Shown here in pieces: positions 37,875 to 47,047 of a DNA stretch of 64,000 nucleotides. The DNA lies in NCBI GenBank assembly GCA_963829525.1, contig CAWHIJ010000003.1, forward strand, positions 32,001 through 96,000. Direction: 5' to 3'. The translations under genes and the position numbers were made by a program. The stretch's first letter is position 1. Every line of letters begins with the position of its first letter. The DNA is from an uncultured Actinomycetota bacterium (GTDB lineage: Bacteria; Actinomycetota; Actinomycetes; JAHEKZ01). A model generated the notes under the pieces. It saw nothing but the letters and a program-made list of their open reading frames with translations, made no database searches and was not told where the DNA came from.

Positions 37875-38714
37875 CTAGGATCTGTCGCCGAGCTCGATCG
37901 GCACCCCGACCAGCGAGCCGTACTCGGTCCATGAACCGTCGTAGTTCTTCACGTTTTCGACACCGAGCAGCTCATGAAGCACGAACCACGTGTGCGCCGA
38001 ACGCTCACCGATGCGGCAGTAGGCGATCGTGTCTCTTTCAAGGTCGACCCCGGCGCCGACGTACAACGCAGTGAGGTCGTCGTCGGACTTAAAGGTGCCG
38101 TCGTCGTTGGCCGCCTTCGACCACGGGATGTTCTTCGCGGTGGGTATGTGACCCGGCCGCTGCGACTGCTCCTGCGGCAGGTGCGCCGGCGCCAACAGGC
38201 GTCCGGCGTACTCGTCGGGTGAGCGGACGTCGACGAGGTTCTGCTCGCCGATCGCCTCGAGGACGTCGTCGCGGAAAGCACGGATCGTTGTGTCCTGCTC
38301 CTGCGCCGTGTACTTCGATGACGGACGCTTGATCACCTCGGTCGTCAGCTCGCGGGAGTCCAGCTCCCACTTCTTGCGGCCACCGTCGAGCAGCTTGACC
38401 GACGCGTGCCCGTACAGCGTGAAGTACCAGTACGCGTAGGACGCGAACCAGTTGTTGTTGCCGCCGTAGAGGACGACGGTGTGGTCGTTGCTGATGCCAC
38501 GCTCAGAGAGCAGCGCCTCGAACGCCGGACGGTCGACGAAGTCGCGCTTGACCGGGTCCTGCAGGTCGGTCTTCCAGTCGAGCCGGACCGCGCCGCGGAT
38601 GTGACCCTTCTCGTACGCGGACGTGTCTTCGTCGACCTCGACGAGGACGACGGACGGATCGTCGAGGTGTGCCTCGACCCAGTCTGCGTCGACGAGTACT
38701 TCGGTGCGGCTCAT
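37875..38714 (-). CDS. Thiosulfate sulfurtransferase (two-domain rhodanese, CysA/SseA-like)
   Basis: VEVDED, GHIRGA, DVRSPDEY, YCRIGERS active loop, YDGSWTEY. Confidence 0.95.
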   Translation of the reverse strand: MSRTEVLVDADWVEAHLDDPSVVLVEVDEDTSAYEKGHIRGAVRLDWKTDLQDPVKRDFVDRPAFEALLSERGISNDHTVVLYGGNNNWFASYAYWYFTLYGHASVKLLDGGRKKWELDSRELTTEVIKRPSSKYTAQEQDTTIRAFRDDVLEAIGEQNLVDVRSPDEYAGRLLAPAHLPQEQSQRPGHIPTAKNIPWSKAANDDGTFKSDDDLTALYVGAGVDLERDTIAYCRIGERSAHTWFVLHELLGVENVKNYDGSWTEYGSLVGVPIELGDRS

Positions 38715-39247
38715 GCGGCTGCCTCCTCGGCAAGTGGTGAAGGGGACGTGACGGCCGCAGTGCGCGACGGCAGCAGGCGGCGTCCGATCAGGTACATCTC
38801 GCAGCCGAGGCAGAATCGGAAAGCTGCGTTGAGGAACGCTGCAGCCAGCGCGAGACCGACGGCGACCAGTCCGACCGTCGACGCTCCGAAAGCCAACGCC
38901 AGCGTGCCAACAAGACCGAAAGCGAAGCCGACGCCCTGGGCGAACCGCGGTGGGGTCGGTGACTCCAGATCGTTCGGCGGCCCAAGACGCGGGCGTACGA
39001 CGCGTCGGTACAGGACGCCGTACGGGCTGCGCTGCACTCCGGCGAAGGCGCCGATCGCGAAGACGACGGTCTGCGCCGCGAGCAGCCACGCACTTCCAGT
39101 CAGCAGCACAACGGCGAGGACGCCGGTGGTCAGAGCCGCGGCGAAGCGCGGTCCACGTGCATCAATCACGGTGATCTCCGTAAAGGTCTTGTGGGGGAGC
39201 AGACGGCCGACGCCTTTGGAGGCGTCCAGCCCGGTGCCACGCGGCAT
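38711..39247 (-). CDS. DUF4395 membrane protein (true start probably internal)
   Basis: IDARGPRFAA, PPRFAQGVG, FLNAAFRFCLGCEMY. Confidence 0.88.
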   Translation of the reverse strand: MPRGTGLDASKGVGRLLPHKTFTEITVIDARGPRFAAALTTGVLAVVLLTGSAWLLAAQTVVFAIGAFAGVQRSPYGVLYRRVVRPRLGPPNDLESPTPPRFAQGVGFAFGLVGTLALAFGASTVGLVAVGLALAAAFLNAAFRFCLGCEMYLIGRRLLPSRTAAVTSPSPLAEEAAA

Positions 39248-39279
39248 CGAACGAGCCGGGGCGTGCGGTCAGCGACCGG

Positions 39280-39372
39280 TCAGGAGCCGCAACACAAGCA
39301 GCCGGCGATGCGGCAGAGGTCGACAGCGCGTCGCTGGGTGAGCCCCCACGCGCGGGGAGTGTGACCGGACAT
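39280..39372 (-). CDS. Cys-rich leader peptide (Ms5788A-like), probable cysteine-responsive attenuator
   Basis: MSGHTPRAWGLTQRRAVDLCRIAGCLCCGS*; TACGCT -10 seven nt upstream of ATG; heads the DUF4395-sulfurtransferase-DUF1416 operon. Confidence 0.85.
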   Translation of the reverse strand: MSGHTPRAWGLTQRRAVDLCRIAGCLCCGS

Positions 39373-39428
39373 AGCCGCGAGCGTAGGCAGGGGCCAAGTC
39401 AGGCGCACCTTGGTCTCAGATAGTGAGA

Positions 39429-39928
39429 TCACGTCTCACTTCCCGGACGATGCGAGGCTGCCGCGCCGCCCAGGGCGCCGATCGCAGCGATCACGTCGGC
39501 CTTGCGGGGCTGCCCGACCGCTCGCTGGGTGACTGCACCTGCGGGGTCCAGGACGAAGACGGTCGGCGTCCGCATCACGTCCCACTGCCGAACGAGGTCG
39601 AGGTGCGCCTCAGCGTCGACCTCAACGGCGACCACGCCGTCAACGATCTCGGCGACCTCGGAGAGGACTCGTCGAGTGGCGCGGCAGGGCTGGCAGAACG
39701 CGGTGGAGAACTGGATGAGGGATGCCCGCTCCCCAGCTCGATCCCGAGGTCGGACGCCGGAAAGACCGGCCCTGGCCGTTGCGCCGCTGCTGCCGATGCC
39801 GGATCGGACGCCGTTGGCGCCACGGCAGGGACGGCGCGAAGGCGACCGTCGGTGCGACGCCGCCATAGCCCGAACGTGGTGGCCACGACGAGCACGACCA
39901 CGAGCACTATCAGACCGACGTTGTCCAC
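39429..39928 (-). CDS. Membrane-anchored thioredoxin family protein (frameshift ~39730)
   Basis: N-terminal TM; QFSTAFCQPCR, EVDAE, RTPT. Confidence 0.85.
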
Positions 39929-39988
39929 GCCGTTTCCAGCACTCGTGCGGGCAGCGGCATTCCCGCCCGCAGCTCCCGAAGGCCCACG

Positions 39989-40822
39989 TCAGCCGATCAA
40001 CCGCACGACCACGTATCCCAACGGGGCGGCCAGCAGCACCGGCCAGACACCGCCGGGGAGCCATCCGGCACCGTCTCCACGCACCCGTGCCTGCGTCACC
40101 GCGGCCAGCGCCACCGGCACAGCGGCCGCGACACCAAGCGCGGCGCCCACCAGGACGTCATCGACACCCACTCCCAGCAGGACACCGGCCGCGATACCCG
40201 CCCCAATGGGGGCGGCGGCTGCACCGATCACTCCAGGTGCCAGGCGCCCGACGGCGGCGGCGGCGCAGGCACCGGCCAGCACCACCGTTGTGGAGTTGCC
40301 GTCCTCGAGCTGGGAGAGAACGACCCAGGCGGCACCGAGGGAGGCGACCGTTGCCAGGGTGACCGTCGTCGCCAACGCGTCGACGAGATCGGCGCGGCCG
40401 TCCTGTCGGACGAGCTGCTGGACGACGGCGATCAGGTACCCCGCACCGAGCACGACGGCAATCGGTCCGAGGCTCGGGGCGTTGTCGGTGGTGGCGACGA
40501 TGACATCGACGATCGCCGCGAGGCCGGCTCCGACTGCCGCCCCCGTGGCGGCCGACGGCGCGCCCAAGGACCGGTGCCAGGTGAGAACGACGACGGCCTG
40601 CAGTGCGATCACCGGAACCCACAGCCAGGGCAGCTCCAACAGCGCGCCGACCAGAACAAGGCCGCTGCTCATTGCGCCGACCAGAGCCGGACGCCAGTCA
40701 GGCAGGTGGAGGTGCTGCGGCATCGCCGCAGACTGGGCAGCAGGAGGCTGCGACGACGCAGCGGGACGCGGCGACGCGGCCCCAGATCCGGAGTCCGACG
40801 CAGCAGGACGATCGGCGGTCAC
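39989..40822 (-). CDS. Conserved polytopic membrane protein
   Basis: About 8 hydrophobic segments; core-locus context. Confidence 0.7.
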   Translation of the reverse strand: MTADRPAASDSGSGAASPRPAASSQPPAAQSAAMPQHLHLPDWRPALVGAMSSGLVLVGALLELPWLWVPVIALQAVVVLTWHRSLGAPSAATGAAVGAGLAAIVDVIVATTDNAPSLGPIAVVLGAGYLIAVVQQLVRQDGRADLVDALATTVTLATVASLGAAWVVLSQLEDGNSTTVVLAGACAAAAVGRLAPGVIGAAAAPIGAGIAAGVLLGVGVDDVLVGAALGVAAAVPVALAAVTQARVRGDGAGWLPGGVWPVLLAAPLGYVVVRLIG

Positions 40823-40946
40823 GCGCCGATCATGCCCGAACCGTCAGCCCGCCCGCACGTCAGTCGCGCCCGCGATGACCACCTCACCTGGCCATCACGG
40901 GGCGAGGCGGCGTTCGGCGGCCACCTTGGTGCGCTAACGCCACCTC

Positions 40947-40990
40947 GGCTCAGGACGCACGGGCTCAGGACGCCGGGGCTCAGGACGCCC
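40947..40990. repeat. 3 x 15-bp tandem repeat
   Basis: GGCTCAGGACGC at 40947, 40962, 40977. Confidence 0.8.
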
Positions 40991-41273
40991 GGTGTCGGGA
41001 CGTCACACACGCCGGGGTCCGCCCGGAACCGCCCGCGAAGGGCGGCAGCACCTCGACGACAGTGTCGGCGGCCAGCAGCACGTCGGGATGCGGAGTCATC
41101 CCGATCGGCTGCTCGTCGACGACGAATGAACAGACGCTCAGCACCTGGGCGAATCGCTCGTCTCGACCTGAGCGCGCCGCGTCGAGCGCCTCGGCCAAAG
41201 TGGGGGCCTCGACCGACTGCTCGCTGACGCCGGCAGCTGCGCGAGCGCCCGCCCAGTATCTCAGCAGCGCCAT
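40980..41273 (-). CDS. MoaD/ThiS family sulfur carrier (15-aa extension after GG)
   Basis: RYWAGARAAAG..E, VEVLPPFAGG. Confidence 0.85.
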   Translation of the reverse strand: MALLRYWAGARAAAGVSEQSVEAPTLAEALDAARSGRDERFAQVLSVCSFVVDEQPIGMTPHPDVLLAADTVVEVLPPFAGGSGRTPACVTSRHRAS

Positions 41274-41444
41274 GGCGTCCTCTCCTCGCTGGCCCGGCCC
41301 CCGCAGCAGAGAGCCGGCCTATCCCGGCGGGACAACTCAGCTACCAGTCTCACTCGTGGCCCCTCGCCACTCTGACGCACCCTTGCGGTGGACGCCGTCC
41401 TGGGCTCACATTTGTCAGATCGGGCGATCTCGTTCTACAGTTAC

Positions 41445-41463
41445 TTAGGTAAGGGTGTCCTAA
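41445..41463. promoter_or_regulatory. IdeR/DtxR iron box
   Basis: TTAGGTAAGGGTGTCCTAA matches 16 of 19 positions of TWAGGTWAGSCTWACCTWA, 90 bp upstream of iron permease. Confidence 0.8.
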
Positions 41464-41553
41464 CTTAAGTTGCCGGCTCGGGGCCGGACGACTTGAGACC
41501 CGACAGGGCACGCGCAGCCGACTCCCCGCCCGGGACGACCGATAGGACAGCCG

Positions 41554-42396
41554 ATGCTCGCCGCCTTTCTCATCACCCTCCGCGAGGGGCTCGAAGCCGC
41601 CCTCGTGGTGAGCATCTTGATCGCCTACCTGGTCAAGACTGACCGTGGCGGCTCGGTCCGCTACGTCTGGGCCGGGGTCGGAGCCGCAGCGGTCTTCTCG
41701 CTCTCAGTCGGTGGCGCGCTCGCAGTCGCCGCTGACCGTTTGCCTGAGGAGGCACAGGCCGCGTTCGAGGGCACCATGGCCCTGCTCGCGGTTGCGTTCG
41801 TCACCTGGATGGTCTTCTGGATGGCGCGCAACGCACGCGCGCTCAAGAGCGAGCTGCACGCTCACGTCGACAAGGCTGCGGCCGCGGGTGCTGGCGCCGT
41901 CGCGGCGATGGCGTTCATCGCCGTCTCCCGCGAGGGTTTCGAGACAGCACTCTTCCTGTGGTCGTCGCTGCAGACCACCGGCGGCGGCTGGGTGGCCATT
42001 CTCGGGGGGCTTTTGGGCTTGGCCACGGCGATCGCCCTTGGCCTGTTCATCTACCGCGGCGCCCTGCGGGTCAATCTCGCCGTCTTCTTCAAGTGGACCG
42101 GAATCGCGCTGATCGTCATCGCCGCCGGGGTCTTCACATACGCGATCCACGAGCTGCAGGAGGCAGGCCTGCTCTTCGGTGAGGATTCCATCGCGTTCGA
42201 CATCAGCGGCGCGTTCCCCGAGAGCTCGGTGCAGTACGCGGTCTTCCGCGGTCTCTTCGCCGTCCGGACCGTGCCGAGCTGGCTCGAGGTCTTCGTCTGG
42301 TTCGCCTACCTGGTCCCCACGATGTGGCTCTTCCTGCGCACCATCCGGCGGCCACTGAAGCCAGCTGCGCCAGCCCCCGTCGACAGCGCTGCCTGA
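41554..42396 (+). CDS. efeU: FTR1/EfeU iron uptake permease
   Basis: Two REGxE motifs (LREGLEA, SREGFET), HELQEAG. Confidence 0.9.
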   Translation: MLAAFLITLREGLEAALVVSILIAYLVKTDRGGSVRYVWAGVGAAAVFSLSVGGALAVAADRLPEEAQAAFEGTMALLAVAFVTWMVFWMARNARALKSELHAHVDKAAAAGAGAVAAMAFIAVSREGFETALFLWSSLQTTGGGWVAILGGLLGLATAIALGLFIYRGALRVNLAVFFKWTGIALIVIAAGVFTYAIHELQEAGLLFGEDSIAFDISGAFPESSVQYAVFRGLFAVRTVPSWLEVFVWFAYLVPTMWLFLRTIRRPLKPAAPAPVDSAA

Positions 42397-42460
42397 AGTC
42401 ACCGTTCACCCGAAGCAGGAACCGGTCGATAGTCTGGGCGGGTTCTGACGAGGAGGACGC

Positions 42461-43143
42461 GTGGCGCGGTTGCTGCTCTTGACGCACGGTGGTCCCACCG
42501 TCGAGTCGGTGTTGCCCGCGCTTGAGCTGCTGCCCCATCAGGTCCGGGTACTCCCCGCCGAAGCGGCAGCGCTGCTGGACTCCGGGCCGGTCGACGCCCT
42601 GCTGATCGACGGTCGCGGCGACCTGCCCCGCGTTCGCTCGCTCTGCCGGCTGATCCGCACGACCGGGGTCACTGTGCCGCTGTTGTTGGTCACCACCGAG
42701 GGTGGCCTCACCGCCGTCACTGCCGACTGGAGCGTCGACGACGTCGTGCTCGCCACCGCAGGCCCAGCTGAGGTCGAGGCCCGACTGCGTCTCGCCACCG
42801 AACGTCTGGCTGCGTCATCGGACGACGTGCAGCCACTGATCAGCAACGGCGACCTCGTCATCGACGAGTCCACGTACACCGCGAAGCTGCGCGGCAATCC
42901 ACTCGACCTCACCTACAAAGAGTTCGAGCTCTGAAATTCCTCGCGCAACACCCAGGACGCGTCTTCACCCGCGGACAGCTGCTGCAGGAGGTCTGGGGCT
43001 ACGACTACTTCGGTGGCACCCGCACGGTCGACGTCCACGTCCGACGGTTGCGCGCCAAGCTCGGTGGTGAGTACGAGCAGCTGATCGGCACCGTGCGCAA
43101 TGTCGGCTACCGCTTCGTGGCAGCCCCGTCTTCGGCCCCCTAA
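42461..43143 (+). CDS. glnR: OmpR-family orphan response regulator, GlnR-like (frameshift ~42931)
   Basis: [40 protein letters not shown] / [36 protein letters not shown]; adjacent to mshD. Confidence 0.85.
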
Positions 43144-43247
43144 TCGACCCCATGAGTGGCGCGGTCATCGGCCCCGTTACGCGTGCCGGTTGTCGGGTCA
43201 TATTCATTGGATGAGATGGGTGCTCGCAGAAGCCTTAGGCTGACGCC

Positions 43248-44228
43248 ATGGCAGAGCACCCGTTTCACGTCGAGGTGCTGGCCAGGCTTGACCCAGACGA
43301 GACCGACGCCGTGACGCTGCTTGCTGAACGCGCCACAGAGAGCGACGGCGTCCGGCCCCTCTCCGAGCACGTCTCCCTGCACCTTCGGCACGGCGGCGAC
43401 TACGGCGTCCGCCACCTGCTGGCCTACGGCGATGGGCGCGGCACCCTGCCGCACCTCGCTGGATACGCACACCTCGACGTCACCGACGAAGTCGCCGGAT
43501 CCAGCGCAGAGGTCGTCGTCGACCCGGCGTGGCGTCGCCAGGGAATCGGCCGTCTGCTGGTGGACGCGGTTCGAGCCGAGACACCAGACGGGCGGCTTCG
43601 GCTCTGGGCACACGGCGAGAGCCCCGCCGCGTCGGGTTTGGCCGCATCCCTTGGGTTCGCCAAGACGCGTGAGCTGATGCAGCTGCGACGGTCGCTGTCC
43701 GCGCCATTGCCTCCGGCCGAAGTGCCAACCGGTGTCACCATTCGGCCTTTTCTGCCGGGCAAAGACGACGAGGCCTGGGTTGCTCTCAACGCCCTGATCT
43801 TCGCCGACCATCCTGAACAAGGTGCCCTGACTGTGGACGATCTGTGTCGGCGCCTGGACGAGCCGTGGTTCGACGCCGCAGGGTTCTTTCTCGCCGAGCG
43901 CGACGGGAGGTTGGTGGGCTACCACTGGACCAAGGTGCACGGTGGCCAGCCATTGGTTCACGAGCATGACGACCACGGTCCGCACACCCACGACGCGCAT
44001 GGTCACGAGCCGATCGGCGAGGTCTACGTCGTCGGGGTGCACCCCACCGAGCGCGGCACCGGGCTCGGAACGGCCCTGATCCTGCTGGGGCTGCATCACC
44101 TGCGAAGCTCTGGCCTGCTGGAAGCAATGCTCTACGTCGACGCCGACAACACCGCAGCCATCGCGGCCTACCGACGGCTCGGATTCACCCATTGGGACAG
44201 TGACGTTCAGTTCCGCTCGCCTGCGTAG
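43248..44228 (+). CDS. mshD: Mycothiol synthase (tandem GNAT)
   Basis: DGVRPLSE, WAHG, FADHPEQG, YHWTKVH, GEVYVVGV, LYVDADN. Confidence 0.93.
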   Translation: MAEHPFHVEVLARLDPDETDAVTLLAERATESDGVRPLSEHVSLHLRHGGDYGVRHLLAYGDGRGTLPHLAGYAHLDVTDEVAGSSAEVVVDPAWRRQGIGRLLVDAVRAETPDGRLRLWAHGESPAASGLAASLGFAKTRELMQLRRSLSAPLPPAEVPTGVTIRPFLPGKDDEAWVALNALIFADHPEQGALTVDDLCRRLDEPWFDAAGFFLAERDGRLVGYHWTKVHGGQPLVHEHDDHGPHTHDAHGHEPIGEVYVVGVHPTERGTGLGTALILLGLHHLRSSGLLEAMLYVDADNTAAIAAYRRLGFTHWDSDVQFRSPA

Positions 44229-44249
44229 TGACCCAGCAGCTCGAGACCG

Positions 44250-44741
44250 TTAGGCCACCGCAGTACGCAGCAGGCGGCGTTTGCCGTACTCGCGATAGGT
44301 CAGCCAAACCATGAACACGTCGAAGACGGTGAGCAGTGCGATGCCGACGGTCGGGTTCACGACCATCAAGTAGCACTGATACACGATGAACGCGAGCAGA
44401 AAGGCGATCATCCAGGGGTAGGCCCAGAGCTTGTCCTTCAGCACTGCCGCCACCAAGACCACCTTGACCACGCCGTGCGCGAGCAAGTAGAAGGCGGCAA
44501 ACAGCTGACTGCCGCCAGACAGGTGTCCGGCGGCAGTCAGCAGATGATTAGCGATGAAGTCGTTTGGGTCCTCGGACAGCTCATGCTGGGTGAGGGTCAC
44601 CGCCCACGAGGTGAGCTGGTCTTTGGATATGGCTAGCAGAAGAACGCCGCCAACGATCTCCAGAACTCCGTCGAGCCCCTTGAGGATCAGCGCGATCTCG
44701 AAGGTCCAGTCGAGGGGACCTGAGGGCCGCAACCGCGTCAC
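44250..44741 (-). CDS. DUF2127 membrane protein
   Basis: LKGLDGVLEIVGG, HELSEDPND, YLLAHGVVK, LWAYP. Confidence 0.85.
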   Translation of the reverse strand: MTRLRPSGPLDWTFEIALILKGLDGVLEIVGGVLLLAISKDQLTSWAVTLTQHELSEDPNDFIANHLLTAAGHLSGGSQLFAAFYLLAHGVVKVVLVAAVLKDKLWAYPWMIAFLLAFIVYQCYLMVVNPTVGIALLTVFDVFMVWLTYREYGKRRLLRTAVA

Positions 44742-45328
44742 ACTTGGGCCGGGCCAACTGCCAGTACCGGCCGGAGCGCTGACTCCTTGATCCGGGCCAC
44801 CAGTCGCGCCAGCGGCTGTCGGAACAAAAGAATCATCAGGCACGTCACCGCGGCCCCGAAGACCAGACCCGCCAACACGTCCAGCGGCCAGTGTGCACCG
44901 ACATAGACGCGGGAGAAGGCCATGAGCACCGCCGTGGCCATGGCCAGCCAACCGAGCCTTCGGTCGACGAAAAAGAGCCCAGCCGCTACGGCCCCGGCAA
45001 CGCACGCATGGTCACTGGGAAACGAGGGGTCGGTGGTCTTGGCGATCAGAATCAGCGCATTCGGTTCCAGGCTGTAAGGACGCGCCTCGCCGACGGCTTG
45101 GATGATCACCTGCTGCAGACCCAGCGCTGTTACCGCTCCGACCGGGGTGAGGAGCGCAGCCGCCATGGTCCGGTTATCGCGCCCACGTGCCAGCCACCAG
45201 CCCAGAACGAGGTAGCCGACAAAAAGCAGGATGCCGTAGCGAGCGAACGCGAGCATCGTGCCGTGCAGCCAAGGCGTCTCTGCGGCAAAGGAGTTGATCG
45301 CGTCGAAGAGACCGCTTCCAGGAGGCAC
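44738..45328 (-). CDS. PAP2 family phosphatase (undecaprenyl-diphosphatase-like)
   Basis: RPY, SFPSDH, SRVYVGAHWPLDV. Confidence 0.9.
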   Translation of the reverse strand: MPPGSGLFDAINSFAAETPWLHGTMLAFARYGILLFVGYLVLGWWLARGRDNRTMAAALLTPVGAVTALGLQQVIIQAVGEARPYSLEPNALILIAKTTDPSFPSDHACVAGAVAAGLFFVDRRLGWLAMATAVLMAFSRVYVGAHWPLDVLAGLVFGAAVTCLMILLFRQPLARLVARIKESALRPVLAVGPAQV

Positions 45329-45483
45329 ATGCCAACCCTAGACCCGTCTCGCTCGGTGCCGAACCATCGTCAAATTGGCTCGACAAGTTGGCTCGCAGAC
45401 GTATGCCTGGACATTGACTGACACCAATCCTCAAGGGTGGCTTCCCGACGCTCGATGACATCGCTACAGCTTGAAAGGCTCTG

Positions 45484-46068
45484 GTGGACGAACTCGACTC
45501 TCTTGTGGTCGCCGCGCGCGCAGGTGGCGGCTGGGCCTTTGCGCGCCTTTGGGAAGAGCTCGCTGGTTCAGTGGCCGGCTATCTGCGCGCGAGGGGCGTC
45601 GAGGAGGTCGACGACGTGACCAGCGAAGTCTTCCTGGCAGCCTTTGCGGGGATACGGCGTTTTGAAGGGGACGGCGCCCGCTTTCGATCCTGGCTCTTCA
45701 CCATTGCCCACCACCGAGGAGTTGACGGGCTGCGAGGGCAGATCAAGGCTGGTGAGCGCGAGACGTACATGCGCGATCTGGATCGTCGGACGGTTCCGAG
45801 CGCCGAAGACAGTTCCTTCGAGCGCCTGCAGTCCGACGAGGTGAGAGTCGCCCTTGCGGCCCTTACCCCCGAACAGCGGGACGTCGTGCTGCTGCGCTTC
45901 GTCGCCGACCTGAGCTTGGACGAGGTCGCCGCTATCACCGGTCGCAACACAGGCGCCGTCAAGCAGCTGCAGCGACGCGGTATCCAGCAGCTACGACGTC
46001 ACCTGAATGGAGCAATTCCGACCAACCCCATAACTTCAGTACCCGCTCTTCCGATTGCCGAGTTGTGA
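45484..46068 (+). CDS. ECF sigma-70 factor
   Basis: DVTSEVFL, FRSWLFTIAH, LTPEQRDVVLLRF..LSLDEVA..GAVK. Confidence 0.92.
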   Translation: MDELDSLVVAARAGGGWAFARLWEELAGSVAGYLRARGVEEVDDVTSEVFLAAFAGIRRFEGDGARFRSWLFTIAHHRGVDGLRGQIKAGERETYMRDLDRRTVPSAEDSSFERLQSDEVRVALAALTPEQRDVVLLRFVADLSLDEVAAITGRNTGAVKQLQRRGIQQLRRHLNGAIPTNPITSVPALPIAEL

Positions 46069-46832
46069 TGAACGAGAACGAGTTCCCAGAGGAAGTCATC
46101 CGGCACCTGCGCCAGATGGCCGACGAACCGCCACCCGCGCCAAGCGCTGCCCTCGGCAAGTTCTTCGCCGACCCAAGCAGCACGCCTGCTGCGGCTGGGG
46201 TTGCCGCCACATTGGCCGAGTCTGGCCTCACGGGAGCTGTAACTCACCCAACGAAGGAGAGCCGGATGAAGACCCTGTTTGCACGGATGGGGATGGCCGG
46301 TCGGGTCGCCCTGATCACGGGCCTGATCGCTGCAGCAGGTGTGGGAACCGCTGCGGCTGCCACCGCGGTCAACCTGGTCACTGACGACGAGCCAACGACC
46401 TCGATCGAGCTGCCTACGGTCACCGATGGCGATCAAGGCGATTTCGCCGACGACCAGGGCGACGACAGCCAGTCAGGCGCTGTGGCAAACGACAAGGCAG
46501 ACGACAAGGCTGGCGACAAGGCTGGCGACGACCAAGGCGACAACAATCAAGGTGACAACAACCAAGGCGACAACGCTGCCGATCAAAGTGACGACAACGG
46601 CGTCGTGAGCCAGAGTGACGACTCACTGGCGACGACCGGCGACGACCAAGGTGATGACCAGGGTGATGACAACGGCGATGACCAGGGGGACGACAACTCC
46701 GGAAACGCTCAGGGAGACGATGACCAGGGCGACGACTCGGGGAACGACAACTCCGGCAGTAGCTCCGGAAGCGACGACCAGAGCGATGACTCCGGCGACG
46801 AGTCCGACGGTGGAGACAGCCAGGACGACTGA
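46065..46832 (+). CDS. TM protein with long Asp/Gly/Asn/Gln-rich tail (possible anti-sigma)
   Basis: Overlaps sigma stop; single hydrophobic segment; DDQG repeats. Confidence 0.7.
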   Translation: MMNENEFPEEVIRHLRQMADEPPPAPSAALGKFFADPSSTPAAAGVAATLAESGLTGAVTHPTKESRMKTLFARMGMAGRVALITGLIAAAGVGTAAAATAVNLVTDDEPTTSIELPTVTDGDQGDFADDQGDDSQSGAVANDKADDKAGDKAGDDQGDNNQGDNNQGDNAADQSDDNGVVSQSDDSLATTGDDQGDDQGDDNGDDQGDDNSGNAQGDDDQGDDSGNDNSGSSSGSDDQSDDSGDESDGGDSQDD

Positions 46833-46844
46833 CCCTGCTTCACC

Positions 46845-46883
46845 CGAGAGTGAGGGCGCCGACGGGCGGCGCCCTCACTCTCG
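46845..46883. terminator. 17-bp-stem hairpin terminator
   Basis: CGAGAGTGAGGGCGCCG-ACGGG-CGGCGCCCTCACTCTCG, 13 nt after stop. Confidence 0.75.
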
Positions 46884-47047
46884 CAATTCTGTGGCTCCGA
46901 GCCCCAAGCCGGCCACTTCAGCCAAGTGGGTCCCCCGGGTCCCCTGGTCGGTGGAGAATGGCCCCGATGGGGTGATCGGGACCTTCGCCAGGTGACGTGG
47001 CCCGGAGGCGCTGTCACCATGGATCCACCTGACCGAGAGGGGACCTA

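Noticed and set aside
42397-42412. PHO box upstream of glnR
   Set aside because: Only a single GTTCAC with no second unit at 11-bp spacing.
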